Below, one piece after another: positions 1-12,063 of a stretch of 64,000 nucleotides of DNA. The stretch spans positions 133,756 through 197,755 of the forward strand of contig CAWJJM010000011.1 in assembly GCA_963843275.1 (NCBI GenBank). The letters are read 5' to 3'. The notes below the pieces were generated by a model, which was not told the DNA's origin, made no database searches, and saw nothing but the letters and a program-made list of their open reading frames with translations. A program made the position numbers and the translations under genes. This stretch comes from an uncultured Acidobacteriota bacterium (GTDB lineage: Bacteria; Acidobacteriota; Thermoanaerobaculia; Multivoradales; JBCCEF01). The stretch's first letter is position 1; every line of letters starts with the position of its first letter.

Positions 1-2059
1 GCAGGCGGCGGGCTTCGCCGAGGGCCTCGCGCAGGTCCTCGCGCTCGCCGTCGTCGAGCTCCTCGCCGCCGAAGCTCTCGCGCAGGTAGAGCCCCATCAG
101 CCGACGGGTGGGATCGGCCGCCGCCGCGAAACGGGCGGCGAGCCGGTGCTCGAAAGCGAGCGGGCCGGTGGCGTCGCCCACCGGCACGCCCGTCCCCTCG
201 ACGGTCTCGCGCAGCAGCCGGTAGGCGCGGGTGGCGGTCAGCGGGGCGCGGTAGCGCCGCCAGAGCAGCGCCGCGAGGACCAGCGCCGACAGCACCAGCG
301 CCAGGGTCAGGGTCCAGCGGCCGCGGCGGGGGACGGCGGCGGGCGCCGCGGCGGCGCCGCCGGCGGGGGTGGCCGGCGTGCTCTCCACCGCGCCGCCGGC
401 CGGCTCGTCCCGGTGGCGGAAGCTGCGCCACAGGTGCAGCACCGCCCCGAGCGAGCGGCGCAGGACCTCCCACTGGTCCTCGACGCCGTAGGTCAGCACG
501 TAGCGGTCCCAGCCGAACGACAGCGAGTCGTAGAGCTGGCGGGCCAGGGCCAGCGCGCCGGCGTCGCCGACCCCCGGACGGCCCGCCGGCGGCGTCGGGT
601 CGAGGGTCGCCCAGCCCTCCGGCGGCAGGTACGCCTCCACCCAGGCGTGGGCGTTGGACTGGCGCACCGCGTAGTAGCCGAGCGGGTTCTTCTCGGCGCC
701 CAGGAAGCCGGCGACGAGCCGCGCCGGGATGCCTTCGGCGCGCAGCAGCAGCACCAGCGCGGTGGCGAAGTACTCGCAGTGGCCGCGGCGGTGCACGAAC
801 AGGAAGTCGTCGATCGGGCGCTCGCTGGCGCCGCCCACCAGGTCGAGGCTGTACTCGTAGTTCTGGCGCAGGTAGCGCTCCAGCCGGCGCGCCCGCTCGG
901 GGGCCGGGCCGGAGCCGGCCACCCGCCGCGCCAGCGCCGCCATCCGCGGGGTGACGCCGGTGAGGTCGAGGCTCGGCGTGTCGAGCCCCTGCGCCGGCGC
1001 CGCCGCCCCCGACACCGGCCGGCCGGTCACCGCCACCTCGTAGCGCAGGCGCTCGTGCACCGGGTGGGTCAGCCGCACCGCGCCGCCGCGGTCGACGCGC
1101 AGCCCGCGGCGCGGCACTTCGAGGCGGACCGTCTCCACCGGCAGCGGCAGCCCCAGGGCGTCGAGCGGCTGCAGGAAGATCTCCACCCGCCCGACCGCCG
1201 CGTCGCCCGGGACCAGCCGCAGCGAGCCGCTGCGCAGGTCCCCGACGGCGGCGGCGCGGCGCCAGGAGCGGCCGTCGTAGTGGTCGAAGGCGCCGCCCTT
1301 GAGGCGGATCTCCGGCGGCGGGCCGTTGACATCGTACTGCAGCCGCAGCGCCACGTCGTGGTTGCTGCGGACGCGGCCGATCGAGTCGAGGCTGACCTCG
1401 TCCGAGAAGCCGGTGGCGGTGATCTCGGTGCCCAGGCCGCGCCCGCCGACGCCGTAGATGTAGGGGCTGCGCACCCGCGGCAGGACGGCGAACAGGGGCA
1501 CCGCCAGCACCACCGTCACCAGCACCGCCGACGTCAGGAAGGCGGCCAGCGGCACCCCGAGGCCGGCGCTGTCGCGGCGGCCGAAGCCGATCAGCAGGTG
1601 GAACAGGGCGAAGCGCGACAGCAGCAGCAGGGCGACCGCCAAAAAGACGACCAGGAAGAGCGCCACCGACAGGTGGACGCTTGTCGCCACCGCGGCCAGG
1701 AAGACGAAGAAGATCCCCAGCACCGCCTGCCACTTGTCGCGCTCGCGGCGCAGCGAGAAGAGCTTCACCACCAGGGCGTACAGCCCGAGCCGCACCACCG
1801 GCCCGACGAGGACGCCGCGGCTGAACAGCAGCAGGTCGGCGGCGAAGACCGGCAGGTAGGCGACCGCGGCGACGTTCGCCGCCCAGGGCGGCAGCCAGCG
1901 CTCCTCGCCCGGGCGCCAGGCGCGCCGCAGGAAGGCCGCGACCGCCAGCGCGTAGACGGCCGCCACCGGCCAGCCGACGACGTCGTTGAACGGCAGGGGC
2001 AGCGGCGCGAGCAGCGCCAGGAGGCCGAGCAGGAGGCGCTTCTCGCGACCGAAGCTCAC
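1..2059 (-). CDS. Transglutaminase-like membrane protein (TgpA/DUF3488 type), C-terminus cut by window edge
   Basis: My own minus-strand translation from GTG at 2059; the ORF is absent from the track because it has no stop inside the window. It has a multi-TM N-terminal region, then ...DDFLFVHRRGHCEYFATALVLLLRAEGIPARLV...QSNAHAWVEAYLPPEGWATLDPTP, a Cys/His/Asp transglutaminase core. GTGA overlap with the DUF58 stop. The + ORF 146..2392 is an Arg/Gly-rich antisense artefact. Confidence 0.8.
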   Translation of the reverse strand, partial: MSFGREKRLLLGLLALLAPLPLPFNDVVGWPVAAVYALAVAAFLRRAWRPGEERWLPPWAANVAAVAYLPVFAADLLLFSRGVLVGPVVRLGLYALVVKLFSLRRERDKWQAVLGIFFVFLAAVATSVHLSVALFLVVFLAVALLLLSRFALFHLLIGFGRRDSAGLGVPLAAFLTSAVLVTVVLAVPLFAVLPRVRSPYIYGVGGRGLGTEITATGFSDEVSLDSIGRVRSNHDVALRLQYDVNGPPPEIRLKGGAFDHYDGRSWRRAAAVGDLRSGSLRLVPGDAAVGRVEIFLQPLDALGLPLPVETVRLEVPRRGLRVDRGGAVRLTHPVHERLRYEVAVTGRPVSGAAAPAQGLDTPSLDLTGVTPRMAALARRVAGSGPAPERARRLERYLRQNYEYSLDLVGGASERPIDDFLFVHRRGHCEYFATALVLLLRAEGIPARLVAGFLGAEKNPLGYYAVRQSNAHAWVEAYLPPEGWATLDPTPPAGRPGVGDAGALALARQLYDSLSFGWDRYVLTYGVEDQWEVLRRSLGAVLHLWRSFRHRDEPAGGAVESTPATPAGGAAAAPAAVPRRGRWTLTLALVLSALVLAALLWRRYRAPLTATRAYRLLRETVEGTGVPVGDATGPLAFEHRLAARFAAAADPTRRLMGLYLRESFGGEELDDGEREDLREALGEARRL

Positions 2060-3060
2060 GCCGCCGCCGCCCCCTCGAAGCCGAGGCGCAGGCGCGCCGC
2101 GCGCGGGTCGCCGGCCACCAGCGCCGACCGCTTGCGCGGCCCCGGCTCCAGCCGCGCCAGCGTCTCGAGGATGGCCAGCCGCTGGCGCCGTCCCGAGCCG
2201 AAGGCCTCGATGCCGTCGCGGGTGACCAGCTCCACCTCGAAGCCCCGCGCCAGGTGGTCGAGCGCCGCCGTCGCCGCCTCGCTGACCAGGGCCTCGAAGC
2301 GCTCGCGATCGCCGCTGGCGTGGAGTGGCCCGACCCCGTTGTCGAGCAGGATCGACAGCCGCTGCCCGCCCTCCTGCTCGCGCTCGATGTAGATCAGGTC
2401 GCCGGTGCGGGCGCTCTGCTTCCAGTGGATGCCGCGCGGGTCGTCGCCCTTGCGGAAGCCGCGCAGCGAGTGGAGCTCGTGCCCCCAGGGGGCGCGCCGC
2501 GACGGCCCCGGCCCGCGGTCGCCCGCCGCCTCCGGCCGGCGCCGCGACGCCGCGAAGATCTCCGGGAAGACCAGCGCCTCGAGGTCGACGCGGTGGCGCG
2601 TGCCCTTGCGGAACAGGCCGAACGGGAACAGGCTCGACAGGTGGCCGTGGCCGAAGTGGTGCGGGCCCCGCCGCGGCAGGATGAGCTCGATCATCCCCTC
2701 GCTGGTGCCGTGCGGCGGCAGGTAGGGGATGAACAGCGGCTGGCCGCGGCGCTCCAGCCCGAAGAGCAGGAACCAGCGCGGCAGAAGCCGCCCGCGGTTG
2801 TGCAGCCGGAAGCGGACCCGGAACGGCCGGTTGGCGAAGATCTCCGGAGGCGGCTCGATCTCCAGCTCCAGGGCGCGCACGTTGTGCCGCGAGGCGAAGC
2901 CCGAGACCAGCAGCGCCGCCAGCATCAGCGCCAGCACCATGTAGAGGGCGTTGTTGCCGGTGTTGGTCGCCGCCACCGCCACCACCACGGTGAGCAGCAC
3001 GTACCACAGCCCCACCTTGGTGATGCGGATGCCCTCGGGAACGACCTTGCGCCCGCGCAC
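2056..3060 (-). CDS. DUF58 domain protein (MoxR-associated)
   Basis: Track ORF, GTG start preceded by GAGGG. Two N-terminal TM helices, then ...FRKGDDPRGIHWKQSARTGDLIYIEREQE, typical of DUF58. Sits between the MoxR and transglutaminase genes. Confidence 0.85.
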   Translation of the reverse strand: MRGRKVVPEGIRITKVGLWYVLLTVVVAVAATNTGNNALYMVLALMLAALLVSGFASRHNVRALELEIEPPPEIFANRPFRVRFRLHNRGRLLPRWFLLFGLERRGQPLFIPYLPPHGTSEGMIELILPRRGPHHFGHGHLSSLFPFGLFRKGTRHRVDLEALVFPEIFAASRRRPEAAGDRGPGPSRRAPWGHELHSLRGFRKGDDPRGIHWKQSARTGDLIYIEREQEGGQRLSILLDNGVGPLHASGDRERFEALVSEAATAALDHLARGFEVELVTRDGIEAFGSGRRQRLAILETLARLEPGPRKRSALVAGDPRAARLRLGFEGAAAA

Positions 3061-3076
3061 CGGGATCCGCCCTCGC

Positions 3077-4048
3077 CTAGACGGGCACCGGGATCGAGGC
3101 CACCAGGCGGGTGACCGCCTCGCGGGCGGCGGCGAGGTCGGTGCCCGCCCGCCGCACCACCACGCGGTGGGCGAGGACCGCCGGCGCCAGGGTCTGGACG
3201 TCGTCGGGCACCGCGTACGGCCGGCCCTCGGCGAGGGCGAGCGCCTGGGAGGCGCGGTAGAGGTCCTGCACCGCCCGGGTCGACACGCCGAGCACGAAGT
3301 CGCCCCCGTGGCGGGTCGCCTCGGCGATCGAGAGCATGTAGTCGGCGAGCTTCTCCGCCACGCGCACCTCGGCGACGCGCGCCTGCAGCTCGGTGAGCTG
3401 CCGGTGGTCGAGCACCGGCTCGAGGGCGGCGAGCTCGTCCTCGACGCCGCCCGACAGCAGCAGCTCGCGCTCCTCGCGCCGCGGCGGATAGCCGATGGCG
3501 AGCGACATCAGGAAGCGGTCGAGCTGCGACTCGGGCAGCGGGAAGGTGCCCTGGTACTCGAGCGGGTTCTGGGTGGCCAGCACCACGAAGGGGCGCGGCA
3601 GCGTGTAGCGCTTGCGCTCCACCGACACCTTGCGCTCGCTCATCGCCTCGAGCAGGGCCGACTGGGTCTTCGGCGTGGCGCGGTTGATCTCGTCCGCCAG
3701 CACGACGTTGGCGAACAGCGGTCCGGGGACGAACTCGAACGCCTGGCTGCGCTGGTTGAAGATCGACACCCCGATGATGTCGGACGGCAGCAGGTCGGAG
3801 GTGAACTGGATGCGCTGGAAGGCGAGCCCCAGCGAGCGGGCCAGCGCCTGGGCCAGGGTGGTCTTGCCGACCCCGGGCACGTCCTCGATCAGCACGTGGC
3901 CGCGCGCCAGCAGCGAGATCGCGGCCAGCCGGATGACCTGCGGCTTGCCGCGGATCACCCGGGCGACGTTGGCCTCCAGCGCCTGCAGCGCGGCGTGGGC
4001 TTCGGGCAGCGGCGGGCCGGCGGCGGCGCGGGGCTCGGTGGTGGTCAT
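3077..4048 (-). CDS. MoxR-family AAA+ ATPase
   Basis: Track ORF 3077..4315 trimmed to the internal ATG at 4048 (MTTTEPRAAAG...). Walker A GVGKTTLA, Walker B VVLADEINRATPKTQSALLEAM, ...VLATQNPLEYQGTFPLPESQLDRF. The upstream 89 codons are Arg/Ser/Thr-rich and not protein-like. Confidence 0.92.
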   Translation of the reverse strand: MTTTEPRAAAGPPLPEAHAALQALEANVARVIRGKPQVIRLAAISLLARGHVLIEDVPGVGKTTLAQALARSLGLAFQRIQFTSDLLPSDIIGVSIFNQRSQAFEFVPGPLFANVVLADEINRATPKTQSALLEAMSERKVSVERKRYTLPRPFVVLATQNPLEYQGTFPLPESQLDRFLMSLAIGYPPRREERELLLSGGVEDELAALEPVLDHRQLTELQARVAEVRVAEKLADYMLSIAEATRHGGDFVLGVSTRAVQDLYRASQALALAEGRPYAVPDDVQTLAPAVLAHRVVVRRAGTDLAAAREAVTRLVASIPVPV

Positions 4049-4109
4049 CTCGTCGGTCGTCCTCGAGGGCCCCGGTGCGGCGCGGACCGACCGCGCCCTC
4101 CCGTGGCGG

Positions 4110-4682
4110 TCAGCCCTGATCGGCGGCGGCTTCGAACTCCTTGTACTGGTCGCGCTCCTCCGGCGGCACCGCCTGGCGCAGCTCGACGTTGAAGCGGTCG
4201 CCGGGGGCGAAGTCGACGTCCTCGAGCATGTAGGTGACCGAGTTGCGCGAGCCCGGCGGCACCTTGCTCGTGTCCACGTAGATCTTGTAGGTCGCCTTCG
4301 GGTTCTCCGCGGCATCGGCCTGGGTGACGTCGAGGGTCAGGCCGGGCAGGCGGTCTCCGGTCTTGTTCTTGTTGCGCAGCATGATGTCCAGAGCCACGTC
4401 CTGGCGCACCGGCACCGGCGCCGGCTCGGCCGTCTCCGCCGCCTGCGGCGTCGTCGCCGTGTCGACGGCCTCGCCCGGCGCGGCCGCCACCACCGTGGAG
4501 TCCACCGCCACGGGCGTCTCGTGGACGTTGAAGCTGTTGAGATTCGCCTCGTAGTTGGCGCGCAGCCGCGCCACCCGCTGCTCCGGGGCCTCCCGGGCGC
4601 AGGAGACCACGACCAGCGCCGCGGCAAGAGCCATGCCTGCCAGGACGATGCGGGATGCGGCGGGGCTCGATGGGCGACGCAT
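4110..4682 (-). CDS. Hypothetical lipoprotein, first gene of the MoxR operon
   Basis: Signal peptide with lipobox ...AAALVVVSC. Strong SD (GAGGAGGAGG) upstream of the ATG. No family recognised. Confidence 0.7.
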   Translation of the reverse strand: MRRPSSPAASRIVLAGMALAAALVVVSCAREAPEQRVARLRANYEANLNSFNVHETPVAVDSTVVAAAPGEAVDTATTPQAAETAEPAPVPVRQDVALDIMLRNKNKTGDRLPGLTLDVTQADAAENPKATYKIYVDTSKVPPGSRNSVTYMLEDVDFAPGDRFNVELRQAVPPEERDQYKEFEAAADQG

Positions 4683-4722
4683 GACGACCTCCTCCTCGAG
4701 GGGATTTGTAGACGGTAAATCC

Positions 4723-5430
4723 TTACGATAGAAGATTGTAGCGGAGAATCGACCAGATCGCCGCGATGCCGTCCTTCCAGCCGATCTTCTTGCCCTCGGC
4801 GTAGGTGCGGCCGCGGTAGGAGATCGGCACCTCGTAGATCCGCGCCCCGCTGCGCGCCATCCGGGCGGTGAGCTCGGGCTCGATCCCGAAGCGGTTCGAG
4901 CGCAGCCGGACGCCGTCGAGGACCTCGCGGCGGAAGACCTTGTAGCAGGTCTCCATGTCCGACAGGTTGAGGTCGGTGAACATGTTCGACAGCGTGGTCA
5001 GCGCCCGGTTGCCCAGCGAGTGCCAGAAGAACAGCACCCGGTGCGGGCCGCCGAGGAAGCGGGAGCCGAACACCACGTCGGCCTCGCCTTCGAGGATGGG
5101 GCCGAGCAGCCGCGGGTACTCGCGCGGGTCGTACTCGAGGTCGGCGTCCTGGATCAGCAGGATGTCGCCGCTGCCCGCCGCCAGGCCGGTGCGCACGGCG
5201 GCGCCCTTGCCGCGGTTGACCTCGTGGCAGAGCAGCCGGAACGGCGCCGGGTCCGAGCGCTCCGCCAGCTCGCCGAGGAGCTCGCGGGTGCCGTCGGCCG
5301 AGCCGTCGTCGACCACCACGATCTCCCGCTCCACCCCCGGGGGCAACGGCGCCGCGGCGACGCGCGCCAGGAGCTCGCGCACGGTGTCGCGTTCGTTGTA
5401 CGCCGGAACGATGATCGACAGAGTGGTCAT
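4723..5430 (-). CDS. Family 2 glycosyltransferase (polyprenyl-phosphate sugar transferase-like)
   Basis: [17 protein letters not shown]...[11 protein letters not shown]...[11 protein letters not shown] motifs. The track start at 5439 is a TTG; I prefer the ATG at 5430, which lies 9 nt downstream of a TAGACT -10-like hexamer. Confidence 0.88.
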   Translation of the reverse strand: MTTLSIIVPAYNERDTVRELLARVAAAPLPPGVEREIVVVDDGSADGTRELLGELAERSDPAPFRLLCHEVNRGKGAAVRTGLAAGSGDILLIQDADLEYDPREYPRLLGPILEGEADVVFGSRFLGGPHRVLFFWHSLGNRALTTLSNMFTDLNLSDMETCYKVFRREVLDGVRLRSNRFGIEPELTARMARSGARIYEVPISYRGRTYAEGKKIGWKDGIAAIWSILRYNLLS

Positions 5431-5439
5431 CGGCGGCAA

Positions 5440-5445
5440 AGTCTA
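5440..5445 (-). promoter_or_regulatory. Candidate -10 element (TAGACT) for the GT2 gene, leaderless-type geometry
   Basis: The minus strand reads ctgcagTAGACTttgccgccgATG. No SD between the hexamer and the ATG. Confidence 0.3.
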
Positions 5446-5506
5446 CTGCAGCCGCCCGCCGCGCCCGCCGCCGGAGCGAGGCGGACGGCGGCTTTTCGTT
5501 TAGAGT

Positions 5507-5584
5507 GGAGTGCTCCCCCCAGGGACGCCCGCCGCGGCGCCCGCCCCCCGGCCCCCCGAGGCGGTGACGGGGCGGGAGCACTCC
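5507..5584. promoter_or_regulatory. Pair of 11-nt boxes GGAGTGCTCCC / GGGAGCACTCC in the GT2-recA intergenic region
   Basis: 5507..5517 and 5574..5584 are perfect reverse complements. Each box is itself a near-palindrome (GGAG-NN-CTCC). The right box lies inside the spacer of the predicted recA promoter; the left box directly follows a second -10-like TAGAGT (5501..5506). Confidence 0.45.
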
Positions 5585-5592
5585 GCTAGAAT
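5564..5592 (+). promoter_or_regulatory. Candidate sigma70-type recA promoter (GTGACG-17 nt-TAGAAT)
   Basis: -35-like GTGACG 5564..5569, 17-nt spacer, -10 TAGAAT 5587..5592. AGGAG SD at 5608..5612, ATG at 5625. Confidence 0.45.
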
Positions 5593-5624
5593 GAGCGAGA
5601 ACCGACCAGGAGTGAGCGATTCCC

Positions 5625-6698
<1,074 letters not shown>

Positions 6699-6708
6699 GA
6701 GCGATCGG

Positions 6709-7827
6709 ATGCGCGACCCCCGCTACGGAGACCTCGCCCGCCTGCTGGTGGGCTACTCGTGCGCCCTCCAGCCCGGCGACAAGGTGCTGATCGAGGCGAT
6801 CGACGTCCCCCACGAGTTCGTCCAGGTGCTGGTGGCCGAGGCCGCCTCCGCCGGCGCCCGTCCCTTCGTGACGCTGAAGAGCCAGGCGATGTGGCGGGCG
6901 CTGATGCAGGCCGCCGACGCCGAGCAGATGCAGCTCATCGGCGAGGCGGAGGCCTTCCGCATGGGGCGGATGGACGCCTACGTGGGGCTGCGCGGCAACC
7001 CCAACGTCTCGGAGTGGTCGGACGTGCCGCCCGACAAGATGAAGCTCTACGAGAGCCTGGTGTGGAAGCCGGTGCACCAGGACATCCGGGTGAAGAAGAC
7101 CCGCTGGGTGGTGCTGCGCTGGCCCAACCCGTCGATGGCGCAGCTCGCGCAGATGTCGACCGAGGCGTTCGAGGACTTCTACTTCCGCGCCTGCACGCTG
7201 GACTACGCGCGGATGTCGGCGGCCATGCAGCCGCTCAAGGAGCTGATGGAGGCCACCGACCGGGTGCGCCTGGTGGCGCCCGACACCGACCTCGCCTTCT
7301 CGATCCGCGACATCCCGGCGGTGCCCTGCGACGGCAAGCTCAACATCCCCGACGGCGAGGTGTTCACCGCGCCGGTGCGCGACTCGATCGAGGGCACCAT
7401 CCACTACAACTCGCCCACCCTCTACCAGGGCGTCACCCACGAGGACGTGCGCCTGACCTTCGAGAAGGGGAAGGTCGTCGCCGCCACCTCGTCCGACAGC
7501 GACCACCTCAACCGGGTGCTCGACACCGACGAGGGGGCGCGCTACGTGGGCGAGTTCGCCATCGGCTTCCACCCCTATATCCACAAGCCGATGAAGGACA
7601 TCCTCTTCGACGAGAAGATCGCCGGCTCGATCCACCTCACCCCCGGGCAGGCCTACGAAGAGGCGTGGAACGGCAACACCAGCCAGATCCACTGGGACCT
7701 GGTGCTGCGCATGGGCCCCGAGGCCGGCGGCGGCGAGATCTGGTTCGACGACCGCCTGGTGCGCAAGGACGGCCGCTTCGTCCTGCCCGAGCTCGAGGGC
7801 CTGAACCCGGAACAGCTCACCGCCTGA
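6709..7827 (+). CDS. M29-family (AmpS/PepS-type) aminopeptidase
   Basis: Motifs ...[13 protein letters not shown]..., ...GEFAIGFHP..., ...[18 protein letters not shown]... and the length fit thermophilic-metalloprotease M29 aminopeptidases. Confidence 0.85.
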   Translation: MRDPRYGDLARLLVGYSCALQPGDKVLIEAIDVPHEFVQVLVAEAASAGARPFVTLKSQAMWRALMQAADAEQMQLIGEAEAFRMGRMDAYVGLRGNPNVSEWSDVPPDKMKLYESLVWKPVHQDIRVKKTRWVVLRWPNPSMAQLAQMSTEAFEDFYFRACTLDYARMSAAMQPLKELMEATDRVRLVAPDTDLAFSIRDIPAVPCDGKLNIPDGEVFTAPVRDSIEGTIHYNSPTLYQGVTHEDVRLTFEKGKVVAATSSDSDHLNRVLDTDEGARYVGEFAIGFHPYIHKPMKDILFDEKIAGSIHLTPGQAYEEAWNGNTSQIHWDLVLRMGPEAGGGEIWFDDRLVRKDGRFVLPELEGLNPEQLTA

Positions 7828-7912
7828 CCGCCGCCGGCGGCGGCCGAACCGACGCCACGACCGCGATGCGCCTCCCGACGCCCGCCACCCCCCGCCGCCG
7901 CCGGAGTGCGCC

Positions 7913-9967
<2,055 letters not shown>

Positions 9968-10180
9968 GCGGACGCGGGCGCGGCGGCGGCGGCGCGCCTG
10001 CCCGCTCGCAGTGCGGGCGTCCCCCTGGACGCCTCCGTCGCCGCCAGCGCAAGCTCCCCGCGTCCCCACCCGTCTCCGCGCCCCGGCGCGGTAGTGTCGG
10101 TCTCCTGCGGTCGCAACGGGGGGCCGAGACACACTCCCGGGCCGGCGGAGCCCGCCTGCGGGAGCGACACAGGAGGACGC

Positions 10181-10885
10181 ATGGACGAGCCGCTGCGGCA
10201 GAGACTGCTGACCCCGGCCGGGGTGCTGGCCACCGCCGCCGCCCTGACCGCGGTGGCGTGGCTGGAGAACGGCCTCGCCCCCTGGTCGCCCTACTACGGG
10301 GTCTACGCGCTCTCGGCGACGCTGCTGCCGCTCGCCCTGGGCACCTACCGCTTCGGGCCGCTCTCGCGGCTGCGCTGGTGGCACTGGCCGGGGCTGTTGG
10401 TCCTGGCCGCCCTGCTCCAGGTCGTCGCCGGGGTGTTCGTCTCCACGGTGTGGCCGGCCCTGCTCGACCTCGTGGGAGTCGCGGCGGCAGCGGACTTCCC
10501 CACCGCGCTGGGCCGGATGTTCGCGGCCGCGGCCGCCCGCCTGCCGGGCGACGCCGCCCTCCACCAGAAGCTCTACCTCGGCGCCATCCTGGCGTGGGCC
10601 GGCCTCGGCGAGGAGCTCTTCTACCGCGGCTACGTCCAGGGCACTCTGCGCCGGCGCTGGGGCCGCTGGCCGGCGCTGGTGACCGCCACCTTCCTCTTCG
10701 CCGTCCGCCACGCCACCCAGCTCGCCCTGGTCTCCCCCTACCCCTGGGCGGCCGCCGCCTCCTGGGTCGTCTTCGCCTTCCTCGTCGGCCTCGCCCTCGG
10801 CCTCCTCTACGAGCGCACCGGCTCGCTGTGGCAGCCGGTGATCGTGCACTACGCCTTCAACCTCCTCCCACTGGTCGCGGGCTGA
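10181..10885 (+). CDS. CPBP-family (CAAX-type) intramembrane metalloprotease
   Basis: Track ORF 10094..10885 trimmed to the ATG at 10181, preceded by AGGAGGA. Polytopic, with motifs EELFYRGY, FAVRH, HYAFN. Confidence 0.8.
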   Translation: MDEPLRQRLLTPAGVLATAAALTAVAWLENGLAPWSPYYGVYALSATLLPLALGTYRFGPLSRLRWWHWPGLLVLAALLQVVAGVFVSTVWPALLDLVGVAAAADFPTALGRMFAAAAARLPGDAALHQKLYLGAILAWAGLGEELFYRGYVQGTLRRRWGRWPALVTATFLFAVRHATQLALVSPYPWAAAASWVVFAFLVGLALGLLYERTGSLWQPVIVHYAFNLLPLVAG

Positions 10886-11053
10886 GGCCGGGGCTCCTCG
10901 CGAACGCCGGCGAGCCGACGGACCGTTCCGCCTCGGCCGGATCGCCTCCTGGCCCCCGGAGCCTTCCCGTGGGGAGGGCCGACGACCGCCTGCGGCGCTG
11001 CTTCTGCGGACCAGCGCTCGCGGCGACGGGACGACGCCACGTCGACGATCCGT

Positions 11054-11084
11054 CGTTGCGCAACAAAATCCGTTGCGCTAAGAT
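11054..11084 (+). promoter_or_regulatory. Candidate promoter/operator of the RES-Xre module (TTGCGC-17 nt-TAAGAT; direct repeat CGTTGCGC x2; palindrome TTGCGCAA)
   Basis: -35-like TTGCGC 11056..11061, 17-nt spacer, -10 TAAGAT 11079..11084; the ATG follows 6 nt later with no SD (leaderless geometry). CGTTGCGC occurs at 11054..11061 and 11071..11078. Locally AT-rich. Confidence 0.5.
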
Positions 11085-11090
11085 GACGCC

Positions 11091-11420
11091 ATGCCGGTGG
11101 CGACGCGGGACAAAGTGCAGGCCTTGAGCCGCGACTTCGGATCGCAGCGGCGGGTCGCCGCCCTGCTCGGGGTGAGCCCCTCGCAGGTCAGCCGCTGGAT
11201 CCGCAGCGGGGGTGTGGATCCGGACAACGCCGAGCGGGTCGACGCGCTCGAGCATGCGATGGCGAGCCTGCTGCGCCTGTACGCGCCCGAGGCGGCCGAG
11301 GCCTGGCTGGTCGGTTTCAACCCCCACCTCGGCGCCCGGCCGCTCGATCTGGTCCGCGCCGGGCGGACGAGCGAGCTGCTGCGGGCGGTGGCCGTCGAGC
11401 GCGCCGGCTCGTTCGCTTGA
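11091..11420 (+). CDS. Xre-type antitoxin with C-terminal toxin-binding DUF2384 domain (MbcA/ParS-like)
   Basis: HTH ...RRVAALLGVSPSQVSRWIRSG..., then ...EAWLVGFNPHLGARPLDLVRAGRTSELLRAVAVERAG, typical of DUF2384. Stop overlaps the toxin start (TTGA). Confidence 0.85.
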   Translation: MPVATRDKVQALSRDFGSQRRVAALLGVSPSQVSRWIRSGGVDPDNAERVDALEHAMASLLRLYAPEAAEAWLVGFNPHLGARPLDLVRAGRTSELLRAVAVERAGSFA

Positions 11421-11971
11421 TCTGCTGGCGCGTCGCCGTCGTCGACGCCGCGGCGGCGTCCCGAGAGCGGGGCGGCATGCTCTGGTTCCCGCGCCCTCTT
11501 CAGGGCGATGGCCGCCACGACAACCCCGACCTCTACGGCTGCCTCTACGTCTCCACCGAGCCTGCCGGCGCCGTCGCCGAGGCCTTGGCGCCGTTCCGTG
11601 GCTCGGGGCCCCTGCTCGACGCGATGCTCGAGCGCGGCGGGCGGCCGCTGAGCCTGGGCGAGCTGGTGCTGGCGGACGACGCCGAGGTCGTCGACCTGGA
11701 CGATCCCGCCGTCCTGGTCCGCGAGTCCCTCCATCCGTCGGAGGTGGCGACCCGGCGCCGGGCCCTGACCCAGGGCCATGCGGAGCGCCTCTTCCGCGAC
11801 CACCCCGAAGCGGTCGGGCTACGCTGGTGGTCGACCCTCGAGTCGACCCTGCTGCATCTGACCCTGTTCGACCGGGCCGCCCCCCGGATCACGCTCGCCG
11901 GCCACCATCCCCTCACTCCCGACCACCCCGCCGTCGTCGCCGCCGCCGGGCTTCTCGGGTTGGTGGCGTGA
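11417..11971 (+). CDS. RES-domain toxin (NAD-targeting toxin family)
   Basis: Positioned immediately after the DUF2384 antitoxin. ...GDGRHDNP..., ...LYVSTEPAGAVAEAL..., ...WWSTLES... fit the Arg/Glu/Ser RES pattern. TTG start at 11417; an internal ATG (MLWFPRP) is an alternative. Confidence 0.75.
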   Translation: MICWRVAVVDAAAASRERGGMLWFPRPLQGDGRHDNPDLYGCLYVSTEPAGAVAEALAPFRGSGPLLDAMLERGGRPLSLGELVLADDAEVVDLDDPAVLVRESLHPSEVATRRRALTQGHAERLFRDHPEAVGLRWWSTLESTLLHLTLFDRAAPRITLAGHHPLTPDHPAVVAAAGLLGLVA

Positions 11972-12005
11972 GTCGGCGGGCCGCCGGCGACGGCCACCGC
12001 CCCGG

Positions 12006-12011
12006 TAGAAT
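12006..12011 (+). promoter_or_regulatory. Candidate -10 element TAGAAT upstream of the tricorn-like protease gene
   Basis: cggTAGAATggc lies 52 nt upstream of the ATG at 12064. GGAGG SD at 12051..12055. No convincing -35. Confidence 0.3.
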
Positions 12012-12063
12012 GGCCGCCCGCAAGCGACTTCCCGTGTCTTCTGTCCGAACGGAGGCGATCTTG

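Noticed and set aside
3077-4315. N-terminal extensions of track ORFs (also 15479..18688, 20491..21873, 22090..23604, 23617..24564, 24671..26917, 27032..29587, 28879..30333, 43149..46274, 51571..54990, 54693..57176).
   Set aside because: The extensions are not protein-like and overlap neighbouring genes. Internal starts give canonical N-termini or signal peptides, with an SD, a -10 element or a 4-nt overlap support.
5440-5624. Known LexA/SOS box upstream of recA, and a G-quadruplex-prone C/G-run tract between the two boxes.
   Set aside because: No match to the LexA consensus sequences I know. G/C runs of this kind are expected from base composition alone.
10016-10033. Hairpin GGCGTCC-CCCT-GGACGCC downstream of nadE as an intrinsic terminator.
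   Set aside because: The stem is only 7 bp, it starts about 50 nt after the stop, and there is no U tract. It is too weak to call.
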